Assembly (NCBI RefSeq): GCF_964355755.1
Contig: NC_092672.1
Location: 14,880,001 to 14,944,000, forward strand
Direction of reading: 5' to 3'
Source of the DNA: Antedon mediterranea
Lineage: Eukaryota; Animalia; Echinodermata
DNA: 64,000 bases
Shown here: positions 50,432 through 62,499 of the stretch, in pieces
How the letters are laid out: each line of letters starts with the position of its first letter
Position numbering within the stretch: position 1 is the first letter of the stretch
Notes under the pieces: generated by a model
Told to the model about the DNA's origin: nothing
Database searches by the model: none
What the model saw: only the letters and a program-made list of their open reading frames with translations
Program-made: the position numbers and the translations under genes

Positions 50432-51322
50432 TTAAATTAAACATTACACATTACATTAAACATTACCATATTACACTAAAAAAAATTTTTTTAGGTCAAA
50501 GTTTTAGTTAAATGAATAATTATAATTGATATCCTAGAGATACGGTACTGTATCTTACCTTCTGGCTGCTAAAGGTACGGTAAATGGCATTACATCATAT
50601 CATGGCTATCCAATAGGAATGATGATTTGTTTGTGATCATTTGGTATAACAAAGCTCACAGAATCAAAAGCATGCAACACAAAGATAGCACGACTAGACA
50701 ATGAATAATGATTTGAAAATCTTTGCAACAAGCTAATCTTGACCTACTATACTAGCAAAAATAACATACTAATTGCTGTAATAATGCATATAATAAAACG
50801 TCAGCAGCTGGCTGCTGTTGTTAGGGCTAGGCCCTGACTGGGGTTAACTTAACCTAGGGCAGGCCTTATATACAACTTTAATAAGGATGGGAGACGACAT
50901 CTTCGATATGAAACGCAACCATCTCCTCAGTCATACATTGATCTAAACTAGTTTTGTAAGAACATTTTAATGCAAAAAATATCGCTATTTCTGTTGGGTT
51001 GAGGACATGACAGAATCTGCAATATAATAATACAACATACAGCATCATAAAACTCCCTATTATTTGTAATCGCACTGTTTATTTATGTTTTACTGTATGA
51101 TGGAATTACATTTGTTTATAACACAGGTCATCTGGCGAAAATACAAATAAATATGGGCTTTGGATCTTTTACTTTTCAATCAGGTATTCAACCTTTTATA
51201 GTAAATTACTACTATTAGTATTGATGTTTTTGATATTATGTAAATCACTAAAACTTGGTTCTAACTAGGATGCAACACAAGGACATAAGCGCAACATAGG
51301 TAACCAATCATAATGGATTGTT

Positions 51323-51694
51323 ATAGAGTTTTGCGGTGCTGAAGTCATGACGGTAGGTGGCGCTGCATGGTTGCTAGCCAACCAAGAAATGCGTTCAACC
51401 TGACTCTTGTCACCAATAGTTTGGAATAGGCTTATTGAAGTAGTCATTTTAAAACTTAATAATTTTTTAAAAAAACAAACTAAAATTTCAAAAGATCACT
51501 AAATATTTGTTTTTAATGATCTATTGATTCTTCAACTATAGTTTAAGTTAACAAAAATCAAGCCAAGATACATAATTTGATAGAAATACAGATCTATACA
51601 GTTTATCAACATAGTAGCGTTGAACGCATTTTTTGGTTGGCTAGCAACCATGCAGTGCCCTCTATCGTTGTGACGTCGCACCGCAGAACTCTAT
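51323..51694. mobile_element. MITE with ~75-bp TIRs
   Basis: ATAGAGTTTTGCGGTGC...GCATGGTTGCTAGCCAACCAA mirrored at 51620-51694. Confidence 0.8.
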
Positions 51695-51975
51695 TGTTAA
51701 CTGTTGCTTGTCGTTGCTCACTCACTCACGGTGTGCTGATCTGATAGACGCTGCACTGCTGGCTGCCGTGGGTCCGTAGAGGGCCTATCTGAATCTCCTC
51801 AGTTTCCAGTTAAGCTTGAGGAGGACTAAGATAATTACCTTTTACTATTTTACTTTTGTTGGGTCTACGTCCATTTTGTTACTAGTAGGAACCATGCTTT
51901 AATAACGGTACTCACAATTTAAATTATTGAACATAAAGTTGACAGATTAACATACAACAATCTTAATTCTTCCAG

Positions 51976-52043
51976 GTTGTGATTCTACAAAAGAAAGTAC
52001 AGACTCGGCTCTTGGTAGTACAAACTACTCGGACAACAATGAT
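51976..52043 (+). CDS. Candidate Scm3/HJURP-family protein, exon 3 (GCDSTKESTDSALGSTNYSDNND)
   Basis: TTCTTCCAG acceptor; donor GTAAGA at 52044; 68 nt, phase 1 to 0, fits both neighbours. Confidence 0.7.
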
Positions 52044-52224
52044 GTAAGACTGTCATTATTATCAAGTTATTGCTGTAGTTTAGAAATCTGCGACAATAAA
52101 ACTCAGACTGCTATCTGAAATATATTTTTAATAAGAATGACACTCCGAGAGTGCATACCTCCGCCTACTGTAAAATTGTAAGATTTCACAGAGGAAAAAA
52201 TATACATATTAAATTTGTGTCTTA

Positions 52225-53151
52225 CGCCCGTATTCTTAAACCGGACTTTAGTCGTAGTTCGAAGTTCGACTTGAAAAAGTCGTAGTTCGAGCTATTACTT
52301 CAAATTCGATTCAAAAGCGAAGTAGTCAAAGTTTGCAGTTCGACTTAATGAAGTCGAGCTTTTAGTCGAGTTGCACACGTCTGGGTAACAAAAGCTATAC
52401 ATTTGGCCAATGACAAGAGAGTATTTGAGGAGCAGAGGAAATTTTGCGCATTGATATCACTTTCCATTTCTTACAACACTTTTTACGCATCAGGACTATA
52501 TACATGAAAAATAATTTTAATCGTTAATTATTAGAACAATATCAGTATTAATTTAACAGTGAAGTATATTTGATTAACAACAAATAAAATCTTCAAAATA
52601 TATTTAGGAACCATGGCGGTACGGTAACTTTTATATTTTCTAGGCCCCCAACAAAGTATAATCGCGACGAACCAAGCACTTCATAGCGTGACAAGAAAGC
52701 GCTAGGCCCCCTAAACATTCCATCGCGTGGTGAATTGCTGCATCTCCCATTGTCGCTATGGCGTGACGTAGCTGAAGTCGGACTTGCGTGAAGAAAATAA
52801 TGTAATTTGTATACAGTTGTAAATAAAGATGATTTTCATTATTATAACTTATACCAATGTATATTTAATTAAGCTAATATAAATATAGATATTTCATTCT
52901 TCAATATCTGGCCAATATAACAACTCAATGACTGTTACGTTTTTGATAAACATCGTTTAAAAACCATTTAGTCGACCATTTAGCCTGCCCCCTCCAGGAC
53001 TAAAAAATCGATCAAAATCCGTCTCGATTTGGTCGAGGTTGGCCTGATTTAGTCGGTGATTTAGTTGAAGTTCGGTTTATGAATTAAAATGACGTCATTT
53101 TTTTAGTTTTAGCTCGAACTACGACTAAAGTCCGTTTTAAGAATTCGGGCG
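52225..53151. mobile_element. PIF/Harbinger-type MITE with TTA TSD
   Basis: 38-bp TIR CGCCCGTATTCTTAAACCGGACTTTAGTCGTAGTTCGA; TTA at 52222-52224 and 53152-53154; empty site in the copy at ~5430. Confidence 0.88.
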
Positions 53152-53651
53152 TTAATGCTGTGTGTGATTAGGCTAATTTCACTACAACCACGTATATGCA
53201 AATTTGGTGTAATGGTTATGTATACAATAGTTTCAGTTGACTTACAATAGAACAGCAACGTCAAAAACAAACGGGTGAATTTGAAAAGAAATAGGTATCG
53301 AAAAACCTGTTAATCAAATTATGTTTTAAAATTACAAATCACACATTATAACTCTTGCCTCTTGTACAAAAATGGACATGTAGAAACAGAAATACAGCCT
53401 GCTCGCCGAATTTTGAAAATTGTCTCCTATCTTTTAACATGTCTTTTAGCATGTCTGAAAATAATACTAAAAAGTGGTCCAGAATTGGGACCCTGGTCCG
53501 GATTGCCTCCAACATTTAATGGAGTGGTCCTCGACCACATAACTGTGTATTTTCATTTTGTATTGGTAAAGATCTTGCAATAACTTTTTGAGTAATCCTG
53601 CTAACAAATAGACAAACAAACAGACACATGCAATCGATTTCATACCTCCTT

Positions 53652-53943
53652 TGATTGATTGATTGAATTTATTTGATGCTCAACATTAAAATAACGAACA
53701 GACAAAAGACAAAATAACGAGCATCAGGAACACCCATTAGGCCGGAAAAACCAGCCCATTTCCAATGGGGTCCAAATTGCACATAACAAACAAGAGAAAA
53801 TACAACATTTATAAAACTATAAATATATAAATATACATAAAAATAAAGCCCAGTAAAACAGAAAAATTAAAAAAGAAAGCAAACAAGTAATGAGAAAAAT
53901 TGCACGTTATCAAGACCATTATAGTTATCAAAATCGAGGTAAA
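53652..53943 (-). mobile_element. Short 5'-truncated retroposon 3' end with (CAAT)n tail
   Basis: Minus strand AATAAATT(CAAT)n tail; interrupts the HINE head. Confidence 0.6.
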
Positions 53944-54906
53944 TTGGCGGAGGTAAATAAAAAATATACTCCATTAATGAAAATTAAAGTTCTTTTATCA
54001 TAAGTTAAGGATAGTGAGAGAATGATATACATTTTATAAGCATAAATAAGCTTTTTTTTTTCCCAAATTTCTTTCAGAGGGACTACGGGGTAGTACTACT
54101 TAGTCAGGTCGCTTATCACTTTTTTTGTGTATTTTGTGACAAAAGCACCAAACTTGGCAGAAACCTTCTTTAGGACCTAACTAACAATTCTAGAAGGGGT
54201 GCCCAAAAATTCGAACAATTTAATGATGTCATTTTGACCATGCCAATTTTTAATATCTTATTAGCTATGTAAAAATATTTTAAAAATATAAATTACATAA
54301 ATATGTCAAGTTTGGTTTTAAATCATAGCTTCTGTACAATATCACTAACATGAGAAAAATATAATTTACAATATAATGACGTTATCAAAGCCACACCCAT
54401 TATATATTACATAACTTTGTGGGAAAATTTAAGAAATTAAATTAATATGGCATGTTTGGTATTAAATTAAAGCCACGGAACTATATGAAATATAATTTGA
54501 ACAATATAATGATGCCATTACTTAAGCCACACCCATTATATAAATATATTATTACATAACTTTGTGAAAAATGAAACGGCAATATGCGTTCAGTAACTGA
54601 GCTAATGATTACGTAATCATTGTTGAACATATGCTCACTTGGGTTGATTTGCATAAATGCCATGTGACGTATAATAGAAATCTCACTAGCTAGTGTGGCT
54701 AGTTGAACTAAAGTGAAATGTTTCGGCCCACAAAGTTTGGTCCGGGTCGAATCATCTCCCAAATTGTCCCAGATTTCAGTCTTGAATTTATTGACAGAGG
54801 GGAATTTTATACCTTATTCCGATAGAGAATTAATCGTAATGTAAAATACGTTATTACATAATGAAATTCATCTCATTTTTAAAAAATAAAATGTTTTCTT
54901 TTTTAG

Positions 54907-57090
54907 AATACTTCTGATGAAAACTATTCATTAGAAAATAGTAGTTCTGGTAAAGATTCTGATGGTAGTGGCCCAGCACATCAGACGCCAAAAAGAAAGA
55001 GATACTGGAAAAAGAAAAGTCAAAACGATAAAAGTAATCTCATACACCCACATGAAACAACACTGCATGTCGGAAGTGACTCATTAGAAGATGTCCAGTA
55101 TTATACTAATGAGTCTGAAGACAAATATGTTTATAGCAGGCATTTCAATAAGGGAGAAGCTTTTAAAGATAGCGATACACTGTCTAGAAAAATACCATCG
55201 ATTCGTGTAGAAACAAGGCAATTTGTTGAAACTGTTCAATCCTTCATTTTGGAAGGTCCACACTCATCTTTTTCTTCAGATGAGGAAGAAATGGAGCTTA
55301 TTAATGATGATGTCATTGAGTGCAGTACTTTCAGACTCGGTAGTCTAAATTTTCCATTAGCATCTGAAATCTGTGGAAGCCATTCTGGTACAGGAGTCTC
55401 CAAACAAAGTATAATGAACACAACATACACAGTTGATGGCTCAGATATGAAATGTAACTCTGTTTTTAATCAACCAAAGTTTATGCAAAGTAAAACATCC
55501 AGTTATACTGGTATGGAATGTGGATCAATTTCCAAAGTATCAAATCAATTTCCTAATGTTCCTCAGAGACCCGTAAATAAATCTATTTTAAGTAAACCTG
55601 ACTTTTGCCATGAAAACAAATTAAAAAATATGTTTCCAAAGCCTGATTTTAAATTAGATGTAGCCTTTAAAAATAGTGAAATTGTTCAAAAACAACAAAC
55701 TAAACCATTTCAATATTTTGGGAAGCATGATTCTACAAAGTGTGGGAAATCATCCATAAATGTTTCCAAACCTGAAAGATTAAAAGATATGCCGAATTCC
55801 CTTTTAACGCCAAAAAGTAAAATTCACCTAAATTTACAGCTAACAGCTCCAGCAACCCCAGGTTGCACTACTGAAGAGATTATACAGTTTATGAACTCAC
55901 CACTTGAAGTTCTTATGGAACAGAATAATGCAAGAGCTGCTCTTGAAAAGTCTTCTAGAAAGCACTTCTCTTTTTCCCCAGAACCTGCAACAGCTGAATC
56001 TCTGGATACTGAATCAGTAGATGTAGAAACAGCTTTTGCCACTCTTGTTTCTTCAATCGAAGACCAGGAAGTTGGTATTAAAACACCAAATCGACTTCCT
56101 CGTAATCAATGTGCTAAACGGTCTCCAAGATTACTTATCTCACCTTGTAACAATTTAATTGTGAAGTCACCAAGAAATTGTAAGAGAAAGATTGATAACA
56201 GTAAAGATTTTAAAGCAACATGTAAGAATATGATTGAAAGGAAGTTTAAGGATTCAGATGATCGAATAAATTCAATTGTTATATCAGATGATGACAGTTC
56301 AGATGCTAAAGCTTTTAGCATTAGTGCACAGAAAAATACAATTTTAACCACACATAAGCCTAAACATGTTCACCACCAGGCCACTCAAAAGATAATTGTA
56401 GAAACAAAAGAACATAATGATGGCAGTACTAGTGTCAAAAGCAATCAGCTAAATAATAATTCAAATGAGAAGGATGTTTGGTGGGTGAAGAAACCTTCTT
56501 TGCCAATGGAAGAAACCAGGGTGATTAAAACGGCTGCCAGAAGTACTACCAGTAATAACATTAAGACAGAAGATATTTATGCAAACAACACATATTCATG
56601 GTTCGTAAACAAGCACCCAGATGAATCCAGCATTGATGTCAGTAATGTAAGTATGCTGTCTGTCATTCATAAAATCAGTCCTGAACGATGTCAAAGTTTA
56701 TCAGTTGACCCAGTTTCTTATAAGAATGATGTACTTCAATCACCAAAATCAATTCGTATCCCATCAAGAACATCTCCAAGAAAACAGACTCCTTCCAATT
56801 CCACTCTCAAGACATCAACTTTACCAAGTGTTCGGACATCAACCCCAAGGAAATCAAAACCAAAGTCGTTTCATATCGCAAAGAAAATACCCAACAGCAA
56901 ATCTAATTTAAATTCAATTACATCTATTTCCGAAACTAGCAAAGAGAAGAAGAGCTCCCAGGGGAATTCAAAATCCATAAAACAGGGAAATTCTTCAAAC
57001 ATTTCTTCTAAGAATTTATCAGCTTCATTTTCTTGCTTAGGTCCTGGTCTATGCGAGAAAGCATTCTGTTTTAATTGTACATTTAGCTAA
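54907..57090 (+). CDS. Candidate Scm3/HJURP-family protein, large last exon (727 aa, S/K/N/T-rich, C-terminal Cys4 motif)
   Basis: Acceptor TTTTTTAG ending at 54906; frame open for 114 codons before the 55249 ORF; stop at 57088-57090; AATAAA at 57699-57704. Confidence 0.88.
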   Translation, partial: NTSDENYSLENSSSGKDSDGSGPAHQTPKRKRYWKKKSQNDKSNLIHPHETTLHVGSDSLEDVQYYTNESEDKYVYSRHFNKGEAFKDSDTLSRKIPSIRVETRQFVETVQSFILEGPHSSFSSDEEEMELINDDVIECSTFRLGSLNFPLASEICGSHSGTGVSKQSIMNTTYTVDGSDMKCNSVFNQPKFMQSKTSSYTGMECGSISKVSNQFPNVPQRPVNKSILSKPDFCHENKLKNMFPKPDFKLDVAFKNSEIVQKQQTKPFQYFGKHDSTKCGKSSINVSKPERLKDMPNSLLTPKSKIHLNLQLTAPATPGCTTEEIIQFMNSPLEVLMEQNNARAALEKSSRKHFSFSPEPATAESLDTESVDVETAFATLVSSIEDQEVGIKTPNRLPRNQCAKRSPRLLISPCNNLIVKSPRNCKRKIDNSKDFKATCKNMIERKFKDSDDRINSIVISDDDSSDAKAFSISAQKNTILTTHKPKHVHHQATQKIIVETKEHNDGSTSVKSNQLNNNSNEKDVWWVKKPSLPMEETRVIKTAARSTTSNNIKTEDIYANNTYSWFVNKHPDESSIDVSNVSMLSVIHKISPERCQSLSVDPVSYKNDVLQSPKSIRIPSRTSPRKQTPSNSTLKTSTLPSVRTSTPRKSKPKSFHIAKKIPNSKSNLNSITSISETSKEKKSSQGNSKSIKQGNSSNISSKNLSASFSCLGPGLCEKAFCFNCTFS

Positions 57091-57199
57091 AATGATATTG
57101 TGTGTTTGAGTAGTAATTCTACTTTTGGTAGCAAGGCATATTTATAATTTGGTTTGATCTACAAAGTTGATTGTGAAACAGCATTGTAGATCAAATTTA

Positions 57200-57642
57200 A
57201 TGACAAAAAGAATCAACATTTCAGGACCACCATGGATCCATTTTCAATTAAAAATTATTTTAATTTTGATGATCCTGAAACATTGATACTTTTTTTTTAA
57301 ATTGAAATATTATGTTCCATAGAATAAGTAATTAGTCCTGCTACCAAAGACAGTGTTCTCCAATCTCAAGGTATTTCAAGAAATTTAACTGTAAATATGT
57401 GTTTTTTAATACATACATATTATGACAAAAAGAATCAACATTTCAGGACCACCATGGATCCATTTTCAATTAAAAATTATTTTGATTTTGATGATCCTGA
57501 AACATTGATACTTTTTTTAAAAATTGAAATATTATGTTCCATAGAATAAGTAATTAGTCCTGCTACCAAAGACAGTGTTCTCCAATCTCAAGGTATTTCA
57601 AGAAATTTAACTGTAAATATGTGTTTTTTAATACATACATAT
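57200..57642. repeat. Near-perfect 222-bp tandem duplication in the 3' UTR
   Basis: ATGACAAAAAGAATCAAC starts at 57200 and 57422. Confidence 0.92.
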
Positions 57643-59196
57643 TTTTTTAACATTTCCTAATTCTAAGATAGTTTTAAAAAGTTTTTGTACATAATTTCAA
57701 TAAAATATTTAAATATATTTAGTCTTGCATCTTTTAAATATTGTCCCTCTGAAAAAAAAAAATTTACTTGGAAGTTTACAGATTACTTAAAAACAAGAAC
57801 ATACCATCCACGTGTACTAGCCAAAACAAGTAAACAAATCATTTAAACATAATTTAATTAAAACATGTTAAATACTGATGATATACTATTCATTGCCCAT
57901 AGTAAAAAATATATCACAAACTGCATTAAAAAAAATTATATAATCATTCAGAAAACATAACATTTTAAAAGTTTGAAAAGTTGCGCTTATTAAAAAAAAA
58001 ATTCTACATAAAAACTACACTGAGCAAAAATTTTGATATCTGACTATTTTAACCCAAAAGAGTTTCCAACCTGGGATCAGCATGCAAGCATAAATTAGGT
58101 TTTATATGCATTATCATTCGTATAACCTAATTGGTTCTGTCAGAATCTTTCTTTATTTATTCTTTCCTTAGCACTATTTTGTCCGTCAATTATCTTGAGA
58201 TCAATTTCATCTAGCTACGTAAATTTTTCAGAGTATATTCCTTATGGCCAGGAATCGATGTGGTTATCTTTTCATGGTGAGCAATCAAAATGTATGCAGT
58301 GTACACGCGATTTATCAAATTCATGTTTGTATTATAATAAATTTGGTACTCATAGATTTCAAGTCATATGTTATTAATATTATATAACAATACAAATATG
58401 TACCTAGCGCATGGAATGCATACGCGCGCTTACAATTTTTTAAATCATAACATTTTTTTTTTAACTGAAATTAGAGTACATGAGTGCGCAGAATTTTGCA
58501 TGTTATACGAGCATGTTAAAAGTGACAGGCTACGCATTAATAATTTTATATTTGGTAAATTTTAATAGTCTTGTAACCATAGAAACTGGGAGAAACCATG
58601 AAATTTCACTTAAAATGAGCAAAAACAACAGTTTTGATAAATTAGATGTTATTTATTGTAGAAAAAAGCAATGGATTTGATACTGCATGGAATTTTTATC
58701 TGTTATTAACCATATTAGGCAGTAAACATAAAATGAGGCGGATAACTAATAATAAAAAGAAACAGGGCTTATCCGCTTGAGGTGGATAACCAATAAGTAA
58801 AAGAAACACTACAATTACAAGGGCTTATCCGCTTGAGGCGGGTAACAAATAAAAAAATTAAATAAAGATTCTGACAAAATCAATAAGGTTATATGCATGA
58901 TAATGTATATAACCTAATAACATTTACACGGTGCTATACTATCTTTGCTTTCAATATAATAATGGCTCTGAATCCTTTATTATCATGGATATGACCTTAT
59001 TGATTTTGTCAGAATCTTTATTTATTGGTTATTCACCTCAAGCGGATAAGCCCTTGTAATTATAGTGTTTCGTTTTGTATATATTAATCCAAAGGCAAAA
59101 TACCGAAAAAATGACAATGCTGTGGGTATCAGTGGCTAGATCTCAATGGAGATACAAAAAAAGGCAAAATCAAAACGATAAAGGAAGGTTGTATGC

Positions 59197-59630
59197 GTAA
59201 TATAAACATCACAGGCACAGAATAAATTAAACCGCCCGGTGATATACTGAAATTTAATTAATTAATTTGAAACGATAAAGTTAAGGAAATCTGTGAGAAT
59301 GAGGACAATTACCCCAACCGAGATTCGAACCCGGAACATTCTGCTTGATAGGCAGATGTCCTAACCATTAGACAACTGGGGCTTTCATGTTATTGTTCAA
59401 ACCTGATTGGATAGCGACTCTTTAACATTCTCGGCGTGGTACGGCGGAACAGCACTAGTCCCTCAATTGTACGCACGTGCACCAGAGATCAAATTGATAC
59501 GCCCTCATCTTTCAGTATTTTATTCACGAGGCAGGATCTCAGAAGACATACTTTTATATATACTGTATAAACATCACAGGCACAAAATAAATTCTAAACC
59601 GCCCGGTGATACACTGAAATTTGATTGAAT
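59197..59630 (-). mobile_element. tRNA-containing partial-tandem element, copy 2 (cloverleaf at 59310-59382)
   Basis: Reverse-complement match to 26550-26970, with the same partial-tandem layout. Confidence 0.8.
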
Positions 59631-59802
59631 AATTTATTTATTTATTTATTAATTTAATTAATATATATTATTATGTATATATAAATCCAAAGGCAAATTA
59701 CTGAAAAAAGGACAATGCTGTGGGTATCAGTGGCTGGATCTCAATATGAGATACAAAAAAAAGCTATATCAAAACGATAAAGTAAAACAGCCAGAAAAGT
59801 TA

Positions 59803-59850
59803 GCAGAGCTTTCGGGCAATATAACATTACTGTAGCCTTTCATCAGTGCA
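59803..59850 (-). ncRNA. Minimal hammerhead ribozyme (PLE B copy 2)
   Basis: GCA-CTGATGA-AAGGC-long loop-GCCC-GAA-AGCT-C-TGC. Confidence 0.7.
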
Positions 59851-62499
59851 AGTGAAGAAATTTTGATAAAGTAAAGTGCTGCATGGGTGGACAGGAATAA
59901 AAGAAATACAACCAAGGAGACAGGGTGGTGAATGGTGGATGGAGACTGAATAAGAGTAGAAAACAGAGAAGATAGCTACAATTGGTAGAGATATAAACAA
60001 TTTTGGAATGGAAATAAAAAAAGCTTAAATAGTGGTTAATATTGAAACTTAAATTTTGGTAGTAAATGGAATAATTTTACCTACAGTATCTGAGAGTATG
60101 TTCCTAATGTTAAGTCCAAAAGGTTTTGTTGTTTTAAGTTGTCAGTGGTTTTCTTTGTCTTTGCGAGTTTTGTTGCTCCATTTGACATCGTGGTCTATTG
60201 CAAAATAACTCTGAAATTTGCAATTGAGTGACCAGCTGAATTATGTTCGGCTACATGTTGACCAAGCTAAGCTCAGGTACAGGCATGAATTTTAAATATA
60301 ATATTTGGTTAGTTGTACATAAATCAAATATTTGTAACAGAAATCAAGACGAAAAAACATGAATTTCCCTTAATATGGCAAAATTTTATAAAAACCAGGA
60401 AGACTTTTTTCAGTAGTTAGGTAGTTAACCTAATGTAATAACATGTTTGGTGACTCCCTAGATGGTGAAAAAAGAGGGTGGATATACGGTGGATAATTTT
60501 TGCTATAGCATGAAAATAAAAATCTGAAGTTGAATAAAAATATCAGAAATGTAATATTCAAGTTATATTACCTATAGGCCTATTCATTCATCTGATAACA
60601 TTTTTTACCACACCGTTTATTTTTCATAGATTTTTAAAATGCCTCTCTATTTACAAAATGTGTGTACAAAAGAATAGATATTTTACTGTGTAATTTGAAC
60701 TATCCCCTCACTAATAAGAAAGTGCTTATTTTCAACAAGCTCCTGTAACACAAATAAAATCTAAAAAATTATGAAAGATAGGGGAAACTATAGATCGATA
60801 ATTATTGGAATGTATGATCAATAGAATGTTTTTGCCCGCACCTGGCCTTTAATGTTTTGATAGCTGATCTGTGTTGTGTCATTCTCATACGGAGAGTGTT
60901 TTTTGTTTCCCCGACCGGGTCCCCGACGTACTGTTTGCCACAAATATTATAGTATATGAGATAAATGATGTTTTTGGTTAGACAATTGTCTTATCCGGAA
61001 AATGCGGCCAGTTTGGTTACTCTTAGTCTTAAATTTTTCAGTAGAATCAACCAATGAACAAGTTTTGCAAGATTTGCCGCAAAACGAAATGTAATAATGG
61101 GTACGGTTCCGGAAAAACAGTCCTGAGTCGTTCTGTGGACTGTAGAAATGGGCATATGTTTCTCAATAAATTAATAGCCCGTAATGGAGGCAAACTAGGG
61201 TGATAGGTAATTGTGACCAATGGCACTCTGGTCATTGGCTGACGTGGTTTGTACGTCAGTGTTTGACATCTTTTGCTTTATTTTATAGCAGTTTCGATGT
61301 ATTCCTTCGAATTGCTATAGTATGCAGTGCTTCTTGCCAATAGCTGATGAAATGCCTAAGCGGAAATAGCACATGTAGCTGAATCATGAGCTAAAGCAAG
61401 TGTACATGCTATTGTATGCTTATTTGATGCTTTTTATTAATGCTATTCAAGCATTTTCAAATATAGCTAATCATTTGCTATATTATGCTATTTTTTGCTT
61501 TAACCAATCCTGCGCCTGAGTGGCCTATAGTAGGCCTATGTAGGCCTACAGTAATTCCTTTAGGCTTTGCATTAAAAATGTATAACGTTCCAATGGCTTT
61601 AAATATCGAATTTAATATCAAAACCAGCAATTTGTTTAAAGGTTTTTGTTAAGATAATAACGAAATTATAAAGTTACTGCGAACATGATTTTAAACAACA
61701 AAATGTAAAAACAATGCGTTTTACAAACTAAGCGCTTTTCGACATGTATTGAATATAGGACTATTCCATTATTTTATAGGGTGTTAGCGAATGTGTTGGG
61801 TTGGGTGTACCAGGCTTGTTGAGGCTTCTATTGTTCGCGTCATTCATTGTGCCAATTGTTTTGTATTTCACTGTGTTTGAGAAAAAAAAATGCTGCTGTA
61901 GTTAGCCTATAGCTTTTATTATGTGTCTGTTAATTATATCGTTTTTTACATTATATAACTTCTCAACAGTTTTTGAATCATGTATCCTCTACAAATAACA
62001 AGAAAAGATTCATATACATTTTTATGTTATTTAATTTATGTTTTAATTTATATAACTACATCCATGTTTTCTCAACAGTTGAATCAAATAGCCTCTACAA
62101 ATAACAAGAAAAGATCGAGAAAAAGAGACATTCTTAAAACTTTATTATAAGGCACAAGAACTTTAACATTATGTAATATAGGCTTGAGGCATGCACAAGG
62201 AACATGCATTTTTAAATTACTTTCATTCCGTGTCGAATCAACGAATATTCTGAAAATTGGTACAGGTCACGTCACGGATTTGGCTGAAATTTGTTTTAGG
62301 GTAGGCCTACCTCTATATATAATGAACACATGCAAAGTTTTAGCGCTTAACTCCAAATCTTTTTGAAAATATGGCCTATTGAAGACGGGGTACTATGATC
62401 GTCAGAATTCACATAATTTGAGTAATTGAATATTTTGCGTTTTGTAATGTGATTTATGACACTTTAAAATTAAGATTTTTATTTTTATTTCTTTATTCT

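Larger units (their letters stand above)
52135..53960 (-). mobile_element. Complete Helentron-associated element family B carrying two insertions
   Basis: 3' hairpin and subTIR at 52141-52165; head ...CATACCTCCTT/GGCGGAGGTAA split at 53651-53945. Confidence 0.75.
59085..61315 (-). mobile_element. Penelope-like element B copy 2, with a duplicated 3' end and an internal ~580-bp insertion (60271-60848)
   Basis: Reverse-complement match to 27510-28826; 3' terminus present at both 59683-59782 and 59085-59183. Confidence 0.85.

Noticed and set aside
55249-57090. 613-aa ORF as a stand-alone single-exon gene
   Set aside because: Its start is a TTG; the frame extends to a splice acceptor at 54906 and joins upstream exons
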